DNA of 19,946 nt from Phycisphaerales bacterium. GTDB lineage: Bacteria > Planctomycetota > Phycisphaerae > WQYP01. A program made the translations under genes and the position numbers. Of the stretch, positions 1 to 7,700 are shown piece by piece (the first letter of the stretch is position 1; the number at the start of each line of letters is the position of its first letter). The DNA lies in assembly GCA_027451365.1 (NCBI GenBank), contig DAIDJN010000078.1:1-19946 (forward strand), given 5' to 3'. The notes beneath the pieces are model-generated. The model saw only the letters and a list, made by a program, of their open reading frames with translations. It did no database searches and was not told the DNA's origin.

Positions 1-1
1 C

Positions 2-145
2 AAGGCGCAGAAGACGCCAGTCCCCGCCAAAACAGAGCAGAAAAGGAAAGGAAAAACAGAGGAACCAAAATTCACCGTCATCAGCGATGCAACGCCCCTA
101 CAGGAGCGAGCCTTGAAACTGCTGGGGTTGTACCCAGTACGCTGA
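2..145 (+). CDS. C-terminal fragment of a transposase, probably IS1634 family (5'-truncated by the window edge)
   Basis: Frame 2 is open from base 2 to TGA at 143-145 and reads KAQKTPVPAKTEQKRKGKTEEPKFTVISDATPLQERALKLLGLYPVR. The terminal F-T-x5-T-P-L-Q-x-R-A-L-x-L-L-G pattern is what I recall for IS1634-type DDE transposase C-termini. Not present in the supplied ORF track. Confidence 0.6.
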   Translation, partial: KAQKTPVPAKTEQKRKGKTEEPKFTVISDATPLQERALKLLGLYPVR

Positions 146-161
146 ATGGCGAAAACAACGG

Positions 162-194
162 AAACCCCTGTATTTGCAGGGGTTTTCTGCTTTT
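162..194 (+). terminator. Intrinsic terminator-like hairpin after the transposase
   Basis: AAACCCCTG (162-170) and CAGGGGTTT (177-185) form a perfect 9-bp stem, followed by T-rich TCTGCTTTT. Confidence 0.6.
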
Positions 195-259
195 CGTGCG
201 GGGAACTACGGATTAAAATTTGAAAATTGTTCCCAAGGCATGGGCACCATCCACATTTA

Positions 260-288
260 TTGACTACGCTTCTGAATTCCCGATTCTT
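260..288 (+). promoter_or_regulatory. Putative sigma70-type promoter pointing into the structured element at 295-434
   Basis: TTGACT (260-265), a 16-nt spacer, then GATTCT (282-287). The predicted start (~294) coincides with the 5' end of the closing stem. The -10 match is weak. Confidence 0.35.
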
Positions 289-294
289 AATCGA

Positions 295-434
295 CCGGGG
301 AACTCGCCGCAGGCCGCGTTCGCCGCTATAGGCTGGCCATCGGCTCGGCTGACCGTATGAAGTCTGGCGGGACGCCCGCCTCTAAGCGCACGTCGGACGC
401 CTGAACCCCAATCCACGGGGGACAGCTGATCCGG
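295..434 (+). ncRNA. Candidate structured non-coding RNA (rod-like, family unassigned; 6S-like is one possibility)
   Basis: Nested pairings: CCGGG 295-299/TCCGG 430-434; CAGG 310-313/CCTG 400-403; CGTTCG 317-322/CGGACG 394-399; CGCT 324-327/AGCG 385-388; AGGC-T-GGC 330-337/GCC-C-GCCT 374-381; GAC 351-353/GTC 362-364. No ORF is listed here, and it sits between two convergent gene ends. Strand is uncertain because the minus strand also folds. Confidence 0.35.
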
Positions 435-454
435 AAATTGGGGCCTCGCGCATT

Positions 455-1579
455 TCAGCGGCGCAGGGCGCTATTTCCAAGTTGCCCGCACGCCCCCATC
501 AGGTCCTGTCCGATGGTCACGCGGCGTTTGGCCAGAATACCGTTTATCCGTAAAGTTTCCATGAACGCGACAATCACATCGTCAGCCGGCGCGGCAAAGT
601 TTGTCGGTTGCTGCGGGTTGTACGGAATAACATTTACTTTTACAGGCAATCCGCGACACCATTGCACCAGTTCCAAGGCATGGGCGGTGCTGTCATTCAC
701 GCCGGCCAGAAGAACGTATTCTATGAAAAACCGCGTCCGACGGCCCCGTGGATATTCCATGAGAGCCTGTTTTAATTCCGCCAGCGGCATAGCCCGATTT
801 ATGGGCATCAGTTCACTGCGCAATTTATCATTGGCGGCAGTTATGGAAATGGCGAGTTTCAGGCCCGGCAGGTTCATTCTGGCCAGCCTTCGCAGGCCGT
901 CAATGCGGCCAACTGTTGAAACCGTGATGCGCGAAAGCGGCAAATTGATGCCGGCGGTGTCACTGAACACGGCCAGTGCCTGCGCGACCGCATCCAGATT
1001 ATCGAGCGGTTCGCCCATTCCCATGAACACCAGGTTGCGGATAATATTTGAATCGATCCGGTGCGGATTCCCCCGCCCACCCAGGCGCGAGCGATCCGCA
1101 GGCGTCGCGGAAATTGCCGCGGTTGAGTCATCCATTCTGGCGGCGCTTTTTTGCAGCAGCATCCGCCGGGCAACCAGAAATTGCTGAATAATCTGGTATG
1201 CGGTCAATTGAGAAAGCAATCCCATGCGGCCAGTCTGGCAGAAAGTACACCCCATGCGGCACCCGACCTGCGATGAAACACACAGGGTAAACCATGTTCC
1301 ACCATGGGCGTTGCGCATGGGCAGAATAACCGACTCAGTTTCCAAAGATTTGCCATTATAAGCGCCAGCCGGCAGACAGAATTTGATTGCGCCACCGGAG
1401 TCTACCACGCGTGTCGCATCCGGCAGAAGGCCGTTATCGGTGGAGCGCATCAGATTTTTATAAAAAGGCCGGGCCTGTTCCAGGCTCTGGCCGCGCGCCT
1501 GCGCGAAGAGGTCCAGGGTAAGGGCGGCTAATTCGGCAGGTTCGGCTTCCAAAGGACAATCCGACTCAAAAGTCAGCAC
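455..1579 (-). CDS. rlmN: RlmN/Cfr-family radical-SAM RNA methyltransferase (23S A2503/tRNA A37 C2-methyltransferase-like)
   Basis: TLCVSSQVGCRMGCTFC (resolving Cys plus CxxxCxxC), FMGMGEP, ITVSTVG, EYVLLAGVND, VNVIPYN and C-terminal ACGQL (methyl-carrying Cys). Start reassigned to GTG 1579, with GGAG 5 nt upstream; the longer ORF start overlaps the divergent gene's upstream region. Confidence 0.88.
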   Translation of the reverse strand: MLTFESDCPLEAEPAELAALTLDLFAQARGQSLEQARPFYKNLMRSTDNGLLPDATRVVDSGGAIKFCLPAGAYNGKSLETESVILPMRNAHGGTWFTLCVSSQVGCRMGCTFCQTGRMGLLSQLTAYQIIQQFLVARRMLLQKSAARMDDSTAAISATPADRSRLGGRGNPHRIDSNIIRNLVFMGMGEPLDNLDAVAQALAVFSDTAGINLPLSRITVSTVGRIDGLRRLARMNLPGLKLAISITAANDKLRSELMPINRAMPLAELKQALMEYPRGRRTRFFIEYVLLAGVNDSTAHALELVQWCRGLPVKVNVIPYNPQQPTNFAAPADDVIVAFMETLRINGILAKRRVTIGQDLMGACGQLGNSALRR

Positions 1580-1842
1580 GGCAGCTCCAGAGGTTCCAAC
1601 AAAAACTCCAAAAAGATGATACCATGAGCAGACGGGTTCCACGAGCCGCCCATGGCTTGGAAGCGTGTGCCGGCATGAATTTCCCGCAGCTTGGAAACCT
1701 GATCCGGCGGCATAATAAATGGCGGGCCGCAATCGGCGGCAAACGCACGCCGACGATTTGCCCAGCATTGGCACAATCAGGCGGAACAATGGCGGCCAAA
1801 CGCATGAAATGCGAACCGCCCCACGATAATCATGAGGTCCAG

Positions 1843-3054
1843 ATGATTCCAATCGGCACTGATGCCCCGCAACGCCGCACTCCATTAATGAATTGGGCGC
1901 TTATTGCGGCGTGCGTGGTCATCTTCGTTATCAGTCACAAGACAGACACCCTTTTGCGAATTCCTGCGGTCATGCTGCCGGGCTGGGCCCGGTTCATGCT
2001 GAATCCGGAAAATCTGCATCTTTATCAGTTTATTACCTACCAGTTCATGCATGAGAGCATTCTGCATATCGGCGGAAATATGATATTTCTGTGGGTATTC
2101 GGAAATCAGGTCAATGAAAAACTTGGGCATCTGCCCTATCTTCTGTTCTTTCTGGCAGGCGGTGTGCTCGCCGGATGTGGGCAGATACTGACCTCCAACG
2201 CACCAACCCTTGGGGCATCCGGATCCATTGCCGCGGTGGCTGGATTGTTTCTGGTGCTCGCCCCGCTTACGAATATCCGCATCTGGTTTTTTTACTTTAT
2301 CTTTGAAGTTCCGAGCGCTTTTTTTCTGCTGTTTGAAATTGTGACTTTCGACTTGTACGGCGTTTATTCCGGCGGCGGAGATGTCGCCCATTATGCTCAT
2401 CTGACCGGATATTGCACCGGTTTTATAATTGGCATCTTTTTACTCCTGACCCGCCTGGTGGAACGGGACCACTATGACCTGCTGGCACTGATTAATCGCT
2501 GGCGAAGACGCCATGTATATCGCCAACTGGTGGCCAAAGGATATGATCCATTCGGCAGTGGCCGGAGCACCACAACCCGTGGACCGGTGGTCATGGGAAT
2601 TCCGATTACGCCCGCCGCTACACCTGTACCGGCCGACCCTCGCATCAGCGAACTTAAGGAAACGATTCTATCGTTGCGGCGCGAACATCGCATGGCAGAG
2701 GCGGCTAGACAATACCTTGAATTACGGCAGCTTGCCCCGATGTACTGCCTTCCGGCCGAGGCTCAACTGGATGTCAGCAACCAGTTGATGGCAGAGGGAT
2801 TGTATGCCCAGGCTGCAGACGGATACGAAGACTACCTGAAAAAATATCCCACTGCGGCCGGCAGCGACCAAGTGGCGCTTATGCTGGGCCTGATTTACGC
2901 CCGATATCTGTATCGCCCTGAACGGGCAATGGATTTATTCAAAAACGCCGCCGAAAAGCTCCATGATCCAGATCAGAAAGCCATGGCCGAACGCGAAATA
3001 GTGGTATTGCGGGAGCGAATGAAATCCACGCCGAATCCCGATTCGGCAATTTAG
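1843..3054 (+). CDS. Rhomboid-family intramembrane serine protease with a C-terminal TPR-like domain
   Basis: MIPIGTD start preceded by GAGG; FMHESILHIGGNMIFL, catalytic GASG and AHLTG; multiple hydrophobic helices; helical C-terminus (AADGYEDYLKKYP, LMLGLIYARYL) typical of TPRs. Confidence 0.9.
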   Translation: MIPIGTDAPQRRTPLMNWALIAACVVIFVISHKTDTLLRIPAVMLPGWARFMLNPENLHLYQFITYQFMHESILHIGGNMIFLWVFGNQVNEKLGHLPYLLFFLAGGVLAGCGQILTSNAPTLGASGSIAAVAGLFLVLAPLTNIRIWFFYFIFEVPSAFFLLFEIVTFDLYGVYSGGGDVAHYAHLTGYCTGFIIGIFLLLTRLVERDHYDLLALINRWRRRHVYRQLVAKGYDPFGSGRSTTTRGPVVMGIPITPAATPVPADPRISELKETILSLRREHRMAEAARQYLELRQLAPMYCLPAEAQLDVSNQLMAEGLYAQAADGYEDYLKKYPTAAGSDQVALMLGLIYARYLYRPERAMDLFKNAAEKLHDPDQKAMAEREIVVLRERMKSTPNPDSAI

Positions 3055-3090
3055 CAGATTCCGCAGCATTCCCGGTCCGATGACGACGGC

Positions 3091-4461
3091 TTATGCCGCC
3101 GGAAAAATCTTTTCTATGGCATCGCAGGCGGTCTGAACGCCGTTTTCCTGATGAATTGCGTTGCCGATTTGCACAGCGCGGGACGCCATGGCAGAAGAAT
3201 TGAGCAGTTTTTCCAGACATGCCGCTACCGCCTTGGTTGTAAATTGGTGCCGCGGCAGCATCATCCCGGAACCCAAACGGCAAATGCGACGGCCATTGTC
3301 CGGCTGGTCATGACTGAAAGGCACCACCAGCATAGGCTTGGACGAACGCAACGCCTCGGCGGTGGTACCGACGCCCCCCTGATGCACCACAACCGCCGCA
3401 CGGCGAAAAACAGCCGCATGAGGAGCGTATGCGCAGGCAAACACATTGTCGAAGCCCGATTGGAATTTGTCTGCCGCCGGACCGGCCAACAAGACGGCTC
3501 TTCGTCCGATTTGGCGAGTGGCCTCGGCCGCAATGAAATAAAAATTGCCCGGCGTCATGACCGCGGTCGAGCCAAGCGTAAAAACAATTGGCGGATCGCC
3601 TTTGGCCAGAAAATCTTCCATCGCCGGTTCCAAAGGCGTTGATTGCGGATCCGAATGCATAAATTGAAATCCCGTCGCCAACGTGTGGGCAGGCCAGTCC
3701 GGTTGCGGCGGCCCGAATAGCGGCGAAAACAGAGCCAGATTCAGAAGTGGTGAAAATTGCCCTTCAAAAAATGGATGGCCCAGAACCGTTTCCACACCGG
3801 CCAGCCGACGCAAAGTTGCAATCGGCCTTATCCAGGATTTCGACTGTTGGCGAAACAGTGCCAGCAAAAGGCGGTTGGCCATTGGTCCGAGTGCCTGGAA
3901 ATAACGCAGCCACAGGGCTGAAGAGATGAGCGGCGGATCATAGCATGAGGCCAGGCTGAGCGGTGCCAGACTGCTGGCTGCCCAGGGAAGGCCGCGTTGT
4001 GTGGCAATAATCGGAACGGCAAATGTAGCTGGATGACTGATTAAAAAATCCGACTGATAACTGGCCGCCAGCAGGTCCTGATAGCTGGCCTGCAGATGTG
4101 GAAGGATCATATTTTCAAGCAAATATCGCGTGCCGGTGCGAAGGTCCATGGCCTTTTTAATCATATCCGGATCTGCGCCAAAATCGGAAAGATCGGGTCG
4201 AACCGCGTAAAACCCCAGACCAACCGCCTCGACTTTTTGTCGATAAGCGCCCAGCGTTGCAATGCTGACCTGATAGCCGCGCGCCCGCAGGCCCAAGCCA
4301 AGGGCCATATAGGGATGCAAATCACCCAGTGAGCCGAAGGTTGCGATCAGAATCCGGAACCCGGATTTCCGCTTGCTAGCTTCGCTTGACGCGGCAGTTG
4401 GTACGGCATCCGGAGATACAACCGGATAGGCATAACGGTCTATAGGCACATCATGAAGCAT
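3091..4461 (-). CDS. GT1 (UDP-glycosyltransferase/MGT-type) glycosyltransferase, RhlB-like
   Basis: ILIATFGSLGDLHPY N-terminal motif, PPQPDWP, PIVFTLGS, and the sugar-nucleotide box YAPH...VVHQGGVGTTAEAL...PFSHDQPDN. The start is uncertain (ATG 4461 chosen, with GGAG upstream). Confidence 0.9.
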   Translation of the reverse strand: MLHDVPIDRYAYPVVSPDAVPTAASSEASKRKSGFRILIATFGSLGDLHPYMALGLGLRARGYQVSIATLGAYRQKVEAVGLGFYAVRPDLSDFGADPDMIKKAMDLRTGTRYLLENMILPHLQASYQDLLAASYQSDFLISHPATFAVPIIATQRGLPWAASSLAPLSLASCYDPPLISSALWLRYFQALGPMANRLLLALFRQQSKSWIRPIATLRRLAGVETVLGHPFFEGQFSPLLNLALFSPLFGPPQPDWPAHTLATGFQFMHSDPQSTPLEPAMEDFLAKGDPPIVFTLGSTAVMTPGNFYFIAAEATRQIGRRAVLLAGPAADKFQSGFDNVFACAYAPHAAVFRRAAVVVHQGGVGTTAEALRSSKPMLVVPFSHDQPDNGRRICRLGSGMMLPRHQFTTKAVAACLEKLLNSSAMASRAVQIGNAIHQENGVQTACDAIEKIFPAA

Positions 4462-4657
4462 GGAACGGAAACACTCCTGCAAAACAACTCCATCTGGAAA
4501 TCGTAGCCGATTTCTTGCGCCCATGCCCTGCATCACCATTTGCCGCGGCGGCAAATCCAGCGGAACTCACCTCCCTGCGTCGGCTAATCCATGGCAGCGA
4601 CTGTGCATTTTTCGGCCAGGCAAACCTCACCTTCCTGTCCATCGTAAGACATAACAG

Positions 4658-4692
4658 GTGCAATTTGGTCAGCGGCGGTTTACACTTAACCG
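4658..4692 (+). promoter_or_regulatory. Putative promoter of the rhamnosidase gene, with an inverted repeat across the -10
   Basis: GTGCAA (4658-4663)-N17-TACACT (4681-4686); CGGTT (4676-4680) and AACCG (4688-4692) flank the -10. Confidence 0.35.
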
Positions 4693-4744
4693 GTCATGGG
4701 AAGCGAACATCCAGCTGACCCCTACTTGTTTTGAGGTATCGATA

Positions 4745-7700
4745 ATGCACGAGGAACAGTTGAGTCATCCATCAGGTGTTGTCCACGAGCCGACTCCGCA
4801 TGGCCAGATGAATCGGCGCGAAATAATCGGTCTGGGAATTCTGGCCGCAACCGCGGCGGCCGTCACGGTCCGGGCCGCTGCGCCCGCGAATACGCCATTG
4901 CTTATGGCAACGAATCTGCGATGTGAATACCGCACAAATCCCCTTGGAATTGGTGAAGTGGCGCCCCGACTCAGCTGGCTGCCGGAATCGCCGCAGCCGG
5001 AAATTCGCGGGCAGATTCAAAGCGCTTATGAAATACTGGTGGCAAGTACGCCGGAATCCCTGGCGGCCGGCCACGGCGACCTGTGGGCGACGGGAAAAGT
5101 CCTTTCCGACGCTGTCAGTCAAATTGCGTACGCCGGCAAGGCCATGGAATCGCGAATGCAATGCTGGTGGAAGGTGCGGCTCTTCAATCAGGCCGGTCTT
5201 CCCGGACCATGGAGCCAACCGGCGCATTGGACGATGGGTCTGCTGAAAAAAACGGATTGGAAGGCTCATTGGATTGGCCTGGACAAACTCGATGCTATTG
5301 GCACCCGCGACGCGGCGGATGCGCCGCTGATTCAATTTGGCGGCCTGAAATGGACGCGGGTCCCCGAGAATTTGTGGAAGTTCAATAATATTACATGGCA
5401 ACCTGCCGAGGCGGCCAACACCGGTCATTCCACGCCGCCGGTGTATTTCCGACACCGCTTTTCCATTCCCGGCGGGCGACCGATCCGCCGCGCCACCTTT
5501 CTTGCGACGTCTGACGATACGGCGGAAATATCAATGAATGGAAAAGTCGCTGGCCACGCGTTCCGCTGGGAGCTTGCCGCTCTGTTGGAAATGACCACTT
5601 TGGTCCAGCCGGGCTGGAATATTGCGACGATTCAAATCACGCAACAAGATGGCTATCCGCCCAGCGCGGTCGGTCGTCTTGTGGTGGAATTTATCGAGGG
5701 AGACCCGCTGATTATTCCCATCAGCAATAAATGGAAAACGTCACTTTCAGCACCGGCAGACTGGCAGCAGGCGAATTTTAATGATTCAGGCTGGACGGAC
5801 GCCGAAGAAATGAACGCTCCTCTGTGGCAGACCCCATGTCAGGCGGGATTCAGTTATTCTCCGGCACGCTATTTGCAGAAGGAATTTTATCTGGATGCGC
5901 CGGTTCGGCGGGCGACACTTTATGCCACGGCGCTGGGGCTCTATAAGGCCCGCATTAACGGCCGCCCGGTCGGTGAGGATTACCTGACACCGGGGTGGAC
6001 GGATTACCACAAACGCGTTTATTACAACACTTATGATGTCACCGAAGCTCTTAAGGAAGGACACAACGCGATTGGTGCAATTTTGGGCGACGGCTGGTTT
6101 GCGGGAAACGTCGCATCTTTCGGAAGGCGGCATTACGGCGGGCTGCCGCGGTTTTCGGCACAACTGGAACTGGAACTGACGGATGGAAGTACACAACATA
6201 TTTACACAGATGAAACGTGGAAAGGCGGTTATGGGCCGGTTCGATATAATGATATTTATGTCGGCTGCTGCACGGACCTGCGACTGAATCCAGGGGCGTG
6301 GGATCAGCCCGGCTTCACCGCCAGGGGCTGGTCTTTTGTAAATTCGGGTCTGGCGCCCAGTACTGCGGGGGCACCGATGGATGTGACAGAAACCCTGCGC
6401 AAAGCCATTCACCATAATCAATTATTTCTGACGGTTTCCAACAGCCTTTTCGGGCGTGATCCGGCATTGAATAAAGTCAAAATGCTTCACATCCGTTTTT
6501 CAATCGGCCATAAATCCTATGTACTGGACGTGCCGGAAAACCAGAATCTGGCTATCGGTCAGGCTAATAAAACACTCCGGGTTCTGCGGGCCACCTACGG
6601 ACCGATGGGCGAAGAAGCCACCGGCCCCAATCCAGCCATAGAGGCGCTTCCCGATGAACCAGTGCGTATTTCCCGCACCGTTTCGCCACGCGTACTTACT
6701 GAGCCGCGCCCCGGCCTGCATACGTATGACCTGGGACAAAACATGGTCGGCTGGGTACGCCTGAAGGTGCGCGGTCGGGCTGGCCAGAAGATTGTGGTAC
6801 GCCATGGGGAAATGAAAAATCCTGATGGGACGGTTTACACGTCAAATTTGCGGGGCGCGATGGCCACCGATATTTATTTCCTCAAGGGAGATGGCGATGA
6901 ACTGCTGGAACCCACATTCACTTTCCACGGCTTTCGCTATGTGGAAGTGCGCGGGCTGGATTACCAGCCGGAATTAGCCGATCTGACCGGTGTTGTGATT
7001 CACAGTGATTTCCGTCGAACCGGACATTTTACCTGTTCCAGTCCGGCGATTAACCAATTGTATCAAAATATTGTCTGGTCACAGCGCGGCAACCATGTTT
7101 CCATTCCAACCGACTGTCCCCAACGGGATGAGCGGCTGGGTTGGACTGGTGACACACAGTTTTTTATTCCGACTGGCGCAATAAACTTTGACGTGGCGGC
7201 GTTTTTCACCAGTTGGCTGGTCACACTTTGTCAGGATTCACAGTCCGCCAACGGATCATTTGCAGATGTGGCACCCGCCGTCTGGGGGCACGACGGCGTG
7301 ACAGCCTGGGGCGATGCGGCGCTTATCTGCACGCATCAGATATTCAAAACTTTTGGTGACACTCGCATTATTGAGCGGCACTACAACGCAATGAAACGCT
7401 ATTTTAAATATCCCGCGAGCCTGACACGCAACAATATTATGACCGCCCAGGGATTCGGCGACTGGCTGAACATGGGTGGCGGTGCAAGTATGGAAGTCAT
7501 TGGCACGGCATATTATGCCATGCTGACAGACATCATGGCGGAAATGGCCGCGGCTATCGGAAAGTCTGACGACGCGCAGGGCTTCCGTGCTTTGTGTGAT
7601 GGGTTAAAAACCGCATTCGCCCGCAAGCTTATCCGCCCGGATGGCACGATTGCCAACAGCAGCCAGACTGGCTTTGCGCTGGCGTTTACCATGGGTCTGG

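Larger units (their letters stand above)
1..211 (+). mobile_element. Right end of a putative IS1634-family insertion sequence
   Basis: The transposase tail is followed by a hairpin and then GGGGAACTACGG (200-211), after which the sequence turns abruptly AT-rich (ATTAAAATTTGAAAATT). The left inverted repeat and target duplication lie outside the window, so the exact end is inferred. Confidence 0.5.

Noticed and set aside
199..304. 9-bp repeat CGGGGAACT at 199-207 and 296-304
   Set aside because: It is short, one copy lies inside the presumed IS terminus, and the geometry does not fit a target-site duplication. Likely chance.
350..372. tRNA-Sec-like GACTTCA on the minus strand
   Set aside because: No anticodon stem, T-loop (GTTCGA) or acceptor stem can be formed.
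272..440. c-di-AMP (ydaO) riboswitch call
   Set aside because: Only partial motif resemblance. The second GGGGTGAATC junction and a P1 helix are missing, and there is no downstream gene on the + strand.
438..1187. 249-aa plus-strand ORF
   Set aside because: Antisense shadow of the rlmN-like gene with no recognisable motifs.
1580..1885. Mutually overlapping N-terminal extensions of the rlmN-like and rhomboid ORFs
   Set aside because: An artefact of longest-ORF calling. RBS-supported starts at 1579 (-) and 1843 (+) leave a normal divergent intergenic region.
4772..6805. Minus-strand ORFs of 227, 211 and 101 aa
   Set aside because: Antisense to the well-supported GH78 gene; typical GC-rich shadow frames.
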